A DNA stretch of 64,000 nucleotides from a virus, in IMG/VR virus record IMGVR_UViG_3300034101_003479, positions 1 through 64,000 of that record, one strand, 5' to 3'. Positions 17,558 through 27,126 of this stretch are shown one piece after another (position 1 is the stretch's first letter; each line of letters begins with the position of its first letter). Under the pieces are notes generated by a model that did not search any database, was not told the DNA's origin, and was given only the letters and a program-made list of their open reading frames with translations. The translations under genes and the position numbers were made by a program.

Positions 17558-17965
17558 TTACTTTATTTTAATTGTTTTTGGCTTTTTCTCTTCTGGGACA
17601 TTTTTTCTAATGTGTATATGAAGCATGCCGTCTTTCATTTCAGCGTTATCAACTTCCATATACTCTCCTAATGAAAATGACCTTTCGAAGTTTCTTTTGG
17701 CAATACCTTCGTGGATATATTCTCCATCCCAGTGTTCTCCGTGTAGCTCACCTTTGATTACCAAATTATTATTTTCAACATAAACACTTATGTCTTCACG
17801 TTGAAATCCAGCAATTGCCAAACTAATGCCATAAGCACCGTTATCGAATTTAACTAGATCATAAATTGGATAGTTAGAGTTTGAAGATTGCATTTTTGCA
17901 AAATTTGTATCCCATCCAATAAAAAATGGATCATTAAAAAGATCCATAGCAAGTTTTGTTACCAC
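17558..17965 (-). CDS. hsp20: Hsp20 small heat-shock protein
   Basis: NYPIYD, LAIAGF, HEGIAKRNFERSF, DGMLHI, PEEKKPKTIKI. Confidence 0.95.
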   Translation of the reverse strand: MVTKLAMDLFNDPFFIGWDTNFAKMQSSNSNYPIYDLVKFDNGAYGISLAIAGFQREDISVYVENNNLVIKGELHGEHWDGEYIHEGIAKRNFERSFSLGEYMEVDNAEMKDGMLHIHIRKNVPEEKKPKTIKIK

Positions 17966-17966
17966 T

Positions 17967-18017
17967 TTATTCCTCCTTCAAGCGAATAAGTTAAATTAGG
18001 CCCCATTCGGCGACCTA
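17967..18017 (-). promoter_or_regulatory. hsp20 leader with RBS-occluding hairpin
   Basis: TTATTC-GCTTGAAGGAG-GAATAA just before the GTG; upstream TAGGTC/GGCCTA stem. Confidence 0.5.
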
Positions 18018-18052
18018 TATATTATTATATCAAATCTTAGACGTTTTTACAA

Positions 18053-18880
18053 TTAAACAGACATCTCTTCCATAAGCTTTAAAAGACTAGAGATATCCTT
18101 TTGGCTTGTAACTATCATAAAGTCCTCTACCCCATATTTTTTAGATATTTCAAGAATTTGTTGCTTTACCTCTTCCATGTTTCCCTTAATGGAATGATGT
18201 TGTTTTTCTAGCACAACTGGCTTTTCTCCCAAATTAGTATTCCAAGACTGCTTGCGATACTCTATATCCTGATCAAGCTCTTCTTTTGTTTCTCTAATTA
18301 AAGGATCAATTGTTAATACGATTTTTGTATTTTTTAATTTATTAACCGACTCCTCAAGCCTGCCCTCATGCACAATAGCATAGTCTGTCCACCTATTAGC
18401 TAAATCAAGCGTAATTGGAGAGTTTGCAATTGTATAAGATATTGGTGGCTTGAGATTCTTTTTGCTATAAAAGTTAAAAAATTTATCTGCCCATTTATCT
18501 GCCAGATCTATTCTTTTATCAACAGTATCAATAAGAGACTTGTCGAAGTTATACATTTCAATGGCTTCTTTTTCTTCATGCTCTACCATCTTTCCAGCAA
18601 CTAAATTAAAAGTAAGCCTACTGCCATAGTTATTTTTCATTGTTTCAAATATTCTAATTGCATATTCTGGGCTAAGAGTATAAGATCTTAGAGCTAACAT
18701 AAATTTGAGTTTTTTTGTTGACTTTATCATGCTTGGTAAAAACGGAACAAAGTCTGGTGATCCGAAGGAATAGGTTAGTAGGACTGAATAGGCTTTTGAT
18801 TTTTCTAGCGTTTCCGCCATGTAAACCAATTCCTTTTCTCTGTTTCCAAAATCAAACCTATGCATCCAATGAAATCTCAT
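18053..18880 (-). CDS. luciferase-like (LLM) flavin-dependent oxidoreductase
   Basis: MRFHW, SVLL, KLKFMLALR, RLTFNLVAG, G..EEVKQQI...GVEDFMI pattern. Confidence 0.75.
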   Translation of the reverse strand: MRFHWMHRFDFGNREKELVYMAETLEKSKAYSVLLTYSFGSPDFVPFLPSMIKSTKKLKFMLALRSYTLSPEYAIRIFETMKNNYGSRLTFNLVAGKMVEHEEKEAIEMYNFDKSLIDTVDKRIDLADKWADKFFNFYSKKNLKPPISYTIANSPITLDLANRWTDYAIVHEGRLEESVNKLKNTKIVLTIDPLIRETKEELDQDIEYRKQSWNTNLGEKPVVLEKQHHSIKGNMEEVKQQILEISKKYGVEDFMIVTSQKDISSLLKLMEEMSV

Positions 18881-19884
18881 TTGTTTTGCATCTTCTCCTT
18901 ATATGCAGCAAATAATTTTTCTGCCCAGTATGCGTGATACAACTTACCGCAATGCCCTTTGTCTCTAGCGCTTAAATCCTCTATGGCATAACCGTTTTGA
19001 TCTGCCCATTCGTATAGGCTTTTAATGTTTCCTATGTTTGTATAGTTATTAAACAAACCACTATTTTCTACGCTAGTTGAGGAGTACATATCCCAAGTTC
19101 CCCAAAATAATTCTATGTCAAGTATTCGACAAAGCTTCTCTACTAAATGAAAATACCTAACTCCATTAAATACGGCATTGGCATATTTATCTTCAGACAT
19201 TAATTCTGGAACAAAGTACGCTCCATTGACTGCGCCAGAAAACTGTGCAAGGTCTTTATTCATAATGTCTTTCATTAGATTGGACTCTTCTTTATACATA
19301 CCAGTTTTAAAATCTTTTAAATAAAACTTGTCGTATATATTGTAGGCTGCTGCTGACTCTATGCCTATCTTTGCTACCCACCTTTGTTGCTTTTCATCCC
19401 AAATATAAAATTTAAATAGGTCTGGGAAATTTATAAATAGTATATCTGGCTTTCCAAATTTTTCAATATAAGCAAAAATTTGTTCTACAATAAGATCTAT
19501 ACTGAACCCCTTAGATCCAATATTAAAAAATCCAGAACACTTTTCTGTTTCGGTTATCTTTTGATAAACCCTATAGGCCCAAAGGTTTTCTAGGCTTGTT
19601 CCTACACCCTCTGTTTCAGAACATCCAGCAAACAAAATATGCTTGCCATCGTGTGGCTCACCCAGCTTTATAAAATCATCACCCCTGTAACCGTCAGAGT
19701 TATATTTATAAGAGTGGCTTTTATCTTCTGGTATGCCCATTCTAATTTCAAAGTTTTGCCTATAGTAGAAAGCATTTGGCTCCTCATACTGAACCAGACC
19801 AGAATCAAAATATTTTCTAAAGTTTTTCTTTTCGTAAATTCTCATACGATCAATTTCTTTCATCATAGTCCTCCTCCATCTCAA
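18877..19884 (-). CDS. SGNH/GDSL hydrolase-like protein
   Basis: YNSDGYRGDDF, LFAGCSETEGVG, RDKGHCG...H; true start probably near 19863. Confidence 0.6.
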   Translation of the reverse strand: MRWRRTMMKEIDRMRIYEKKNFRKYFDSGLVQYEEPNAFYYRQNFEIRMGIPEDKSHSYKYNSDGYRGDDFIKLGEPHDGKHILFAGCSETEGVGTSLENLWAYRVYQKITETEKCSGFFNIGSKGFSIDLIVEQIFAYIEKFGKPDILFINFPDLFKFYIWDEKQQRWVAKIGIESAAAYNIYDKFYLKDFKTGMYKEESNLMKDIMNKDLAQFSGAVNGAYFVPELMSEDKYANAVFNGVRYFHLVEKLCRILDIELFWGTWDMYSSTSVENSGLFNNYTNIGNIKSLYEWADQNGYAIEDLSARDKGHCGKLYHAYWAEKLFAAYKEKMQNK

Positions 19885-20164
19885 TCATTCCATGCTCTCT
19901 TGCTATTCTTTTAGCCTCTTCAGTCAAGGTAATTGTAGCTTCAAGATTTTCATTATACTCTACAGAAATTAAATCTTTTTCATACAGATCTAATAGTGTT
20001 TGATCTATATAGTCTTTATGGGCTTGCCAAAGTTCTGGGACTAAGAATTCAGCTTTGTCTGTAATCTTAAAAATTACTTCACCGTATTCATCTACGCCAG
20101 ACAATTCTACAGCACCTATCTCTATGTAGTGCTCTAAATCTCTTTCGAACTCATCATCTTCCAT
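19850..20164 (-). CDS. acidic hypothetical phage protein
   Basis: ORF track; AGGAG RBS right after the tRNA. Confidence 0.75.
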   Translation of the reverse strand: MEDDEFERDLEHYIEIGAVELSGVDEYGEVIFKITDKAEFLVPELWQAHKDYIDQTLLDLYEKDLISVEYNENLEATITLTEEAKRIAREHGMIEMEEDYDERN

Positions 20165-20176
20165 TTTTTCTCCTTG

Positions 20177-20250
20177 TGCAACAAGTAGGACTTGAACCTA
20201 CGATTACCGAATTATGAGTTCGGGGCTTTAACCAACTAAGCTATTGTTGC
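20177..20250 (-). tRNA. tRNA with CAT anticodon (elongator Met or Ile2)
   Basis: Cloverleaf: acceptor GCAACAA/TTGTTGC, D arm GCTT/AAGC, anticodon CCGAA-CTCATAA-TTCGG, T arm GTAGG-TTCAAGT-CCTAC; no encoded CCA. Confidence 0.93.
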
Positions 20251-21673
20251 CAGTTAGTATATTATAACTATAATGTACCTGCCAGTCAATAGCATCTTGC
20301 TTATCATTTAATAAAGGCTGCCCTTTTATATTTAAACTTGTATTTAAAAGGACTGGGCAGCCAGTATCCCAATACCATTTTCTTAAAAGCATGTGTAGCC
20401 CTGGGTGTTGATCCCTATTGACAGTTTGAACTCTAGATGTTCCATCTTTATGAACAACTGAAGGTATCTTGTCTGGCTGCTTGCACTTTACTGTATACTG
20501 CATGTATGGGGATGCAAAGTCCATATCAAACCACTCACTTGCAAACTCTTCAAGCACAACTGGTGCAAACGGTCTAAACTGCTCTCTTTGTTTAATTGTA
20601 TTAACTTTATCTTTAATATTGGGATCCCTAGGGTCAGCTAAAATACTTCTATTCCCAAGAGCTCTTGGTCCGTATTCTGCTCTGCCAGTTGCAACTGCTG
20701 CTATCTTATTAGTTTTTAATTCTTCAAGTATTTTATTTACTGGGTACTCTCCGCCCATATCGTAACCAAGATACGGCCCTTTCCAGTCAATATGCTTTCC
20801 GTATAGGGCTGCTGCTGCCCCAAGAGATGAGCCAGCATCGCCTGGGTTTGGCATGATCCAAATATCTTTAAATATATTCCATAGCAATGTATTTGCAGAT
20901 GAATTTAAGGCGCATCCGCCCATAAAAACAAGGTTTGATTTTCCAGTTAATTTTTTTGCCATTTGCATAAAATCAATTAGTCTTTGCTCATATACAACTT
21001 GAACTGCTGCAGCTATATCAAACTTGTCTTGTTCATTAATTGGAAGACCCCAATCTGTTATTCCTTGATGAAAATTATATGATTGCTCATGATACTTTGG
21101 AAAATATGAATCTACTTCTTTATAGTATCTTTGCCAGTCTCCATATGCAGCCATGCCCATCATAATATACTCTTCTTGATTAGGCATAAGTCCAATTAAT
21201 TTAGTAAATGCTGAGTAGAATAGTCCAAAACTGACTGGGTAGTTCTGCTTAAACTTTAAGCTAATTTTTTCGCCTTCCCCTACCCAAATAGTTGAAGTGT
21301 TATATTCCCCTATGGCATCTAGCACCACTATTGCTGCGTCTGTAAAACTACTAGTATAATAACCAGCGCATGCATGAGAATAGTGATGGCTAAATGATTT
21401 CCTAGGGATTGATTTTATATCAAACCTAGGCTTCCAGTCCCCAGAACCACCCTTTATAAATAGCCTAGAGGCCTTTAGGAGCGGTTTTTCGTAGTAGGCT
21501 ATAGCATCAGGTACCCCATACGACAAAGCATCCCCAATTAGGCTGTCGTTGACGTACCAATCATTTTTTTGCTTACTATATCTTTCTGCATGACCAGCAA
21601 ATAATATTTCTCCATCTTTAATTAAAGATACTGAGGCGTCGTGTGATGTTTCATTTACTCCCAGAATTATCAT
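20228..21673 (-). CDS. NodU/CmcH-family carbamoyltransferase
   Basis: HDAS, HHYSHA, GGCALN, DAGSSLGAA, EYGPRALGNRSILA, KQREQFRPFAP, LLNTSLN. Confidence 0.95.
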   Translation of the reverse strand: MIILGVNETSHDASVSLIKDGEILFAGHAERYSKQKNDWYVNDSLIGDALSYGVPDAIAYYEKPLLKASRLFIKGGSGDWKPRFDIKSIPRKSFSHHYSHACAGYYTSSFTDAAIVVLDAIGEYNTSTIWVGEGEKISLKFKQNYPVSFGLFYSAFTKLIGLMPNQEEYIMMGMAAYGDWQRYYKEVDSYFPKYHEQSYNFHQGITDWGLPINEQDKFDIAAAVQVVYEQRLIDFMQMAKKLTGKSNLVFMGGCALNSSANTLLWNIFKDIWIMPNPGDAGSSLGAAAALYGKHIDWKGPYLGYDMGGEYPVNKILEELKTNKIAAVATGRAEYGPRALGNRSILADPRDPNIKDKVNTIKQREQFRPFAPVVLEEFASEWFDMDFASPYMQYTVKCKQPDKIPSVVHKDGTSRVQTVNRDQHPGLHMLLRKWYWDTGCPVLLNTSLNIKGQPLLNDKQDAIDWQVHYSYNILTGNNSLVG

Positions 21674-22605
21674 ACTGTTAGCACGTTCTTTCCTATGGTA
21701 TCCCTATTTCTCATTTTTTCATGCATTGCTTTTGCATCCTTTAATTCCATTTTATCACCAACGAATATTTTAATTTTTTTAGTTTTAATTAAATCAAATA
21801 TATAGTAAACGGCTTGGCTTAATTTATCTCTATCACTAAACTCTTTTGTACCCCAAAAAATAGATGCTGTTTTTAAAGACCCTGTTTCTTTAAGCGCTGG
21901 CGGTAGGCCCTCTCTAGCAGAAGCTCCATATGTGCATATATGTCCTTGATCAGACAGAATGTTGTAGTATTTCATAAAAGACCTACCGCCGTATGAATCC
22001 ATAATAAAGTCTGGCTTGCGACCTATACTGGCTATTAACTTTTCTATCTCATCAAAGTTATTTAGGCATGCAAAATCAACATTTAAATTTTTTACAAACT
22101 CTATCTTTTTTTTGCTTGAAGTTACAGCTATAACCTCTGCGCCAATCATTTTACAAAGCTGTATTAAAATTATTGACAGTCCACTTGAGGCTCCGTTAAT
22201 AAGAACTAGGTCCCCCCTTTTTATCTTACAGGCATAATTTACTAGACCATAAGCAGTTGTTCCTTGAGAAAGAGCTGCTAGGGCCTCCTCTTCTGAAATA
22301 CCATCTGGGACCTCAAACATTTTCTTTTTGTGAACAGTAGCTTTTTCTGCATACGATCCACTTTCCGTAAAACCAACAAAATTTTTATTATCCATAACAA
22401 AAGATGCTTCTACTCCAGGAACCATGGGTGCGCTTGCAGCCATAAAATAAAAATAACTATTTTCAATTTGATAGGTGTCTGCATAGTTTACGCCTACCAT
22501 TTTGACGTCTACTAAAAATTGATCCGTTCCAGGAATTGGATCCTTAAAGTCTCCATACTCAATAACTTCTGGTCCGCCAAACTTATTGATTACAATTGCT
22601 TTCAT
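21670..22605 (-). CDS. NADPH:quinone oxidoreductase (zeta-crystallin/MDR family)
   Basis: MKAI..FGGPEV, GVNYAD, PGVE, GSYAE, GASSGLS, GKNVL. Confidence 0.9.
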   Translation of the reverse strand: MKAIVINKFGGPEVIEYGDFKDPIPGTDQFLVDVKMVGVNYADTYQIENSYFYFMAASAPMVPGVEASFVMDNKNFVGFTESGSYAEKATVHKKKMFEVPDGISEEEALAALSQGTTAYGLVNYACKIKRGDLVLINGASSGLSIILIQLCKMIGAEVIAVTSSKKKIEFVKNLNVDFACLNNFDEIEKLIASIGRKPDFIMDSYGGRSFMKYYNILSDQGHICTYGASAREGLPPALKETGSLKTASIFWGTKEFSDRDKLSQAVYYIFDLIKTKKIKIFVGDKMELKDAKAMHEKMRNRDTIGKNVLTV

Positions 22606-22868
22606 TAAACTTCCATTTCCTTTTTAGTCTGCTCATTTTCATTTCTAAAAAATTCTTCTACAATTTGCTGAACATACTCTGAAAAATGTTTTCTTATATT
22701 GCCTTGAGGCCTTTTACCTATAGAGTTCCATATTCTTTGGTACTCAATAATATTTGAAAATGTAGTAGGGCATACAGTTTTACTATTGTATTCTTTTAAA
22801 ACGGTTGGCAAAGGAACATGTTTGGTACAGCATTTACATTCCTTTGCTCTTTCTTGATATTCGCTCAT
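22605..22868 (-). CDS. hypothetical Cys-containing protein
   Basis: ORF track; coupled to the terminase stop. Confidence 0.7.
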   Translation of the reverse strand: MSEYQERAKECKCCTKHVPLPTVLKEYNSKTVCPTTFSNIIEYQRIWNSIGKRPQGNIRKHFSEYVQQIVEEFFRNENEQTKKEMEV

Positions 22869-24658
22869 AGCATAGTCATCCTTTCTAAAGACTCTGACAA
22901 ATGATCAGGCATCTTTGGCGCTCTAATCATATTAACTGGGAACTCTTCTTCTCTTCCGAAATCGTTATCGTAACTCATTGATTCATATGTGTGAACATTT
23001 ATTTCTTGATTTAAATCAAACCTAGTGCCACTTATTGCATTATATATAGATCCGCATACAGCATCAGCTAAGTCTTTTGAGCCTTTTCTGGGGTGGTCAA
23101 CTTTATCTCTCATAATTTTTAGCTGGAGCAATTCGTCTATGAGCAAAGGTATATGTGGCCCACGCAATCTTTCTTCTAAAACAATCATGGCCATATCGTC
23201 ATAATGTTTTTTAGCAACAGACAAAATCTCTGTGTTAATGCCGTACTGTTTTAGCTGTTGCATCATATCATGAGAGTTCCATCTATCAAATGTGCAAAGC
23301 TTTATATTAAACCCCTTTGTCCTTAATGATAATATATAGTCTCTAACTTCTGCAAAATCTACAGACTTATCTGGGGTCGGAGTCCAGTATCTAACTGCAT
23401 CTACTTCCACTATTGGCGCTGGCTGGGAATATGTGTCTGTGACTTTTACATTAACCCATTTCTGAACATGAGCTATTGAAACCGCACAGTGGTCATGTTT
23501 TTGTGCAAGGTCAACGTGTATAAAATAATGTTTGTCTGGGTCTGGGGCAAACCAATTTTCAAACCTACCAAATTGATCAATGGCTAAAGCTGTGTTATTA
23601 AATGCAACTTCAATTTTTTCTCTTGATTTAAAAAATGCATCTACTGCGTCTGACGGCATGCAGGCAAATCTTCCAAGAGCATCTACAGAATTTTTATAAA
23701 AAGCAACTTTAAAATCATTTATATTTCGTGTTGGGTTAATTTCCCAAGTAGGTCTTTTTAATGCATACACCTTTGGGATGCTATAAGAAATAATATGATC
23801 TTCTTCCCACTCTACAGTAAATTCATTTCCTTCTGTGCCCTCTGGAAGATCCTCGTCCATTTTAAATCTGTGGCTTCGAACTACAATTTCTTTTTCAGAA
23901 ATTACTGAGTCGTAAAATTTTTGTATTGGATCGTTTTTAAATCTTGGAAAAGATAGCAATATAACCTTTCCAAAATCTGGAAATCTGGAATCTACTGATG
24001 CACGGTACATATCATATATAGCATCTGCTGTTTTTGCTTGATCGTGACCAGTAGTGTTCTCTGTGGCAAAGCCAGATATCTCGTCAAGGATTACAACAAT
24101 TACGTTATACCCTTCCCAAGCTTCTCTCTCTGAGTGTCCTGAGTGAACTGTTATAGCTTTATCAAATTTCATTTCTGAGGCCTTGTCGGTGTACTTGCCA
24201 GTAAACCAAGGAGACTTTTCAATTCTTGTTTTAAACCCTTTAAAAAAAACATTGTTTGCTTGCTGTGCGTTAATAGCAATATTCAAAATATCAATAGCAT
24301 CGCCTGGCGGCTTTCCATAATAAGACGCTGGGTCTTTGAGGCACAGTAGTAAATAAACGATATAAGAAACTGCGATAGTAGAGCAGTAGTCTTTTCCAGA
24401 ACCTTTTCCTAATTGAGCAATTACTTCGGTAGCCGTTTGTTTAAATATTCTTCTTCCTTCATCTTCTCCAAAAAGTTTTATTAAAGTAGACTCTTTGTAT
24501 ATCTGGGAAGACTTCTCTATTAATGCATACTGGTAATTAGATAAGGGAGGTAGCGCTAGATAATTTGGGCTTGTAACAAACTCACGAAGATCAACTGGCC
24601 TTTCTTCAAACTCTTCGCCATCTAAAATATCGATAAGATCATTAAAGTTAAGATTCAT
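22865..24658 (-). CDS. terL: terminase large subunit
   Basis: Walker A GKGSGKD, Walker B VILDE, nuclease HVDLA...FDRW...KDLADA. Confidence 0.9.
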   Translation of the reverse strand: MNLNFNDLIDILDGEEFEERPVDLREFVTSPNYLALPPLSNYQYALIEKSSQIYKESTLIKLFGEDEGRRIFKQTATEVIAQLGKGSGKDYCSTIAVSYIVYLLLCLKDPASYYGKPPGDAIDILNIAINAQQANNVFFKGFKTRIEKSPWFTGKYTDKASEMKFDKAITVHSGHSEREAWEGYNVIVVILDEISGFATENTTGHDQAKTADAIYDMYRASVDSRFPDFGKVILLSFPRFKNDPIQKFYDSVISEKEIVVRSHRFKMDEDLPEGTEGNEFTVEWEEDHIISYSIPKVYALKRPTWEINPTRNINDFKVAFYKNSVDALGRFACMPSDAVDAFFKSREKIEVAFNNTALAIDQFGRFENWFAPDPDKHYFIHVDLAQKHDHCAVSIAHVQKWVNVKVTDTYSQPAPIVEVDAVRYWTPTPDKSVDFAEVRDYILSLRTKGFNIKLCTFDRWNSHDMMQQLKQYGINTEILSVAKKHYDDMAMIVLEERLRGPHIPLLIDELLQLKIMRDKVDHPRKGSKDLADAVCGSIYNAISGTRFDLNQEINVHTYESMSYDNDFGREEEFPVNMIRAPKMPDHLSESLERMTML

Positions 24659-25184
24659 TTACCTGCTCAATTATCTCTATTGGCTCGACCAACCCAGTAA
24701 TTTGAGAAAGTCTTTTTGCTACATCCATTTTACATTTTGGGCAAGAGGCAGTAACTTCTTTTAAAATCTTAATTAATATTTCTTGCTTATGCTCTGTTTC
24801 TGCAATTTGAGATGCCATTTCTGCATTGTCAAGAATGCCAACTTCTTTAAGCATTGTAATTCTTTTTGTTTCAATATCTGCTATAAGCTTTAGGGCGCCC
24901 GCCTTTACGCTAAGTTGACCTTGAGTATCCGCATCTTCTACCGTTTTCCAGGCCTCTTTGATAAGCATAGAGTAATGCTTGTCAGCTCCAGATATAGCCT
25001 CTTTAGCTCTTTCTTTAGAAGCGTTATCGTTATGAACAACAGTCTTCCACTCATCTATAAGGTCAACGACTTCAGCTCTTTTAAAGCCAGTCATAGTAGC
25101 AATTTGTGTTGGGTTGTTGCCTTTTAAAAGTTCGGCAACTACCTTATTCATGCGATCAAAATGATCAGCTAATTCAATTTCCAT
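24648..25184 (-). CDS. HTH protein, probable terminase small subunit
   Basis: N-terminal HTH-like PTQIATMTG; directly upstream of terL. Confidence 0.5.
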   Translation of the reverse strand: MEIELADHFDRMNKVVAELLKGNNPTQIATMTGFKRAEVVDLIDEWKTVVHNDNASKERAKEAISGADKHYSMLIKEAWKTVEDADTQGQLSVKAGALKLIADIETKRITMLKEVGILDNAEMASQIAETEHKQEILIKILKEVTASCPKCKMDVAKRLSQITGLVEPIEIIEQVNES

Positions 25185-25192
25185 ATATATTT

Positions 25193-25221
25193 ATTATAAT
25201 TCTAGTTGACTAAAATGTCAA
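25193..25221 (-). promoter_or_regulatory. consensus sigma70-type promoter
   Basis: TTGACA-N17-TATAAT, 8 nt before ATG 25184; TTGAC/GTCAA inverted repeat over the -35. Confidence 0.8.
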
Positions 25222-25556
25222 TTGGAATTTGCTTTAGCAATTTTAAGTAAGATTAAATAACCTATCATATCGTCAATATCATTATCTCCAGCAAACCCTT
25301 TGCCATTCTTAATTCTATTTATTTTATCATCAATACGAATTTTAATTTGCTCTTGATTGTCCGCCTGAGAAAATATACGAATTGGGGTCAAAGCTGAGTC
25401 TCCGTAGGATATATTCTTTTCAATCAACATTTGTGCTATTTCAAGACACTCTACAATTATCTTATTTCCAGATGGTGCATCTGTTGCCATTAACTGTAAA
25501 TCTGTAACCCACATTTGATACCCGTTTTCTTTATTTGGATATGATGTAAATCCCAT
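25218..25556 (-). CDS. DUF1599/Nmad1-like nucleotide-modification-associated protein
   Basis: KNISYGDS, RIDDKINRI, DDMIGYLIL pattern. Confidence 0.65.
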   Translation of the reverse strand: MGFTSYPNKENGYQMWVTDLQLMATDAPSGNKIIVECLEIAQMLIEKNISYGDSALTPIRIFSQADNQEQIKIRIDDKINRIKNGKGFAGDNDIDDMIGYLILLKIAKANSN

Positions 25557-26218
25557 TATTCCATCTCCTTATATAACTGTTTAAGTCCTCTTAGCGTTCC
25601 AATATCCATATATTGTCCGCCTGGTCTTACCGCCCGAATGTTAGCACCCTTTGCAATCCATTCTTTTAATTGTTTTCCTGGATGATCTAGTGATGTATCT
25701 ATGTATCTTATCATATTCTTTCGGAATAGCATAGTGCCCCACATATCTGGGTAATCACAATTGTCTACCTTATCTTCTGACTCAATTACTTTATCATTAG
25801 AAACCAAGACCTGACCAACACGGCCTTTTATAGATTCTCCGCATTCCCAAATTCCCAGAACAAGGTCTGCGGTATTATCTTTAAATAAAGGCTTATATAT
25901 ATTTCCAGGTGCGTTTAATATATATGTATCTGGCATACCAATTAGCACCGTATCATTATACTCACCGACCATAAACTTTACTGCATCTGACATTGTTGAT
26001 GGCTCACGAACAATTAGTTTAATATTCATGTCCATGTTTTGAATAATTGGAACCCACTCAGCTCTTGTAGAAACTCTAACCTCATCACACACTTCAAGCA
26101 TCTGCTCTACGTGCCACTGCAAAAGAGATCTTTCATCTGATATAGGCAAACAAAATTTAGGGATGCCTCCAATTCTAGAAGCTTTTCCTGACGCTGGCAA
26201 TACTCCAATAGTAGACAT
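25556..26218 (-). CDS. sugar-phosphate nucleotidyltransferase
   Basis: LPASGKASRIGGIPK, GMPDT, YMDIGT; start ATG 26218. Confidence 0.85.
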   Translation of the reverse strand: MSTIGVLPASGKASRIGGIPKFCLPISDERSLLQWHVEQMLEVCDEVRVSTRAEWVPIIQNMDMNIKLIVREPSTMSDAVKFMVGEYNDTVLIGMPDTYILNAPGNIYKPLFKDNTADLVLGIWECGESIKGRVGQVLVSNDKVIESEDKVDNCDYPDMWGTMLFRKNMIRYIDTSLDHPGKQLKEWIAKGANIRAVRPGGQYMDIGTLRGLKQLYKEME

Positions 26219-26976
26219 TACTTTTCCCAATCGTGAGGATTAAATCCGTTAGGATATGATTCATTTACTCTAGGATCTTTTTTCCAAGCAATCCATCCCT
26301 CTTCTCTGTCGTCTCCCCAATATAGATGAACTACATCTCTGTCTAGGAGTCTTTTAGCATCTTCGCCATGGAAAATATAAACCTTATTATCTTTTAGGAA
26401 TGGCATCTCAAGGAGCTCTGGTGCCCATTCATTAATGTGTTTTTGATACGGCTCTACACCAAGCTCACGGTATAGTGCATCAGTAAACATTTGAACATCA
26501 GTATAGTAATGAACCATATGGTTGTGTTGAATGACTCCTTCAGAACATCTTTCAACACAAAGGTCTATGGCTGCCTTTAGTAAAGGGTGTCCAGCTTTAG
26601 CGGCAATCGTTTGAGTTGCTAGCCATGGAGTATCTCTTTCAATATCTAGGATCATATCGTACTCAGAGTTTAACCATGTGTCTACTGGAATCTTGCAATG
26701 AGTATCCATATCAGCATATATACCGCCGTGTATGTAAAGAATAGCAAATCTCCACAATCCAGCCTTCATTACTCCCAGAGGCAGGTTCACATACGTCTCG
26801 TATGTTTTTGTATCAAAGTGCTCCTTAAAGAAGTTTTCTCTGTCTTGTCCGCTCATGTATCCATGAGTCCATTCTGGATTTTGATAAGTCCATGTGCCTA
26901 CGCTTTCTTTAGCGTAAGATGGCAATTCATCAAATGGTGTTTCGTAAGTCTGCCAAATCTTTTTTTCTATACTCAT
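26218..26976 (-). CDS. glycosyltransferase family 32 (DxD, OCH1-like)
   Basis: IEKKIWQT, LWRFAILYIHGGIYADMD. Confidence 0.88.
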   Translation of the reverse strand: MSIEKKIWQTYETPFDELPSYAKESVGTWTYQNPEWTHGYMSGQDRENFFKEHFDTKTYETYVNLPLGVMKAGLWRFAILYIHGGIYADMDTHCKIPVDTWLNSEYDMILDIERDTPWLATQTIAAKAGHPLLKAAIDLCVERCSEGVIQHNHMVHYYTDVQMFTDALYRELGVEPYQKHINEWAPELLEMPFLKDNKVYIFHGEDAKRLLDRDVVHLYWGDDREEGWIAWKKDPRVNESYPNGFNPHDWEK

Positions 26977-26977
26977 A

Positions 26978-27124
26978 CTATCTCCTTTTAATTAACTGAA
27001 ACTTTTCTAAATGTCTCTGTATAGTCATAGCAGAAACCTTGCACTCATCAGCAATTTCAGTTACTGTTTTCTTTTGAACAACATATCTTCTATACATCCA
27101 TGGCTGGCTTTGATATAGTTTCAT
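26978..27124 (-). CDS. small HTH DNA-binding protein (48 aa)
   Basis: Read manually: MKLYQSQPWMYRRYVVQKKTVTEIADECKVSAMTIQRHLEKF. Confidence 0.75.
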   Translation of the reverse strand: MKLYQSQPWMYRRYVVQKKTVTEIADECKVSAMTIQRHLEKFQLIKRR

Positions 27125-27126
27125 AT

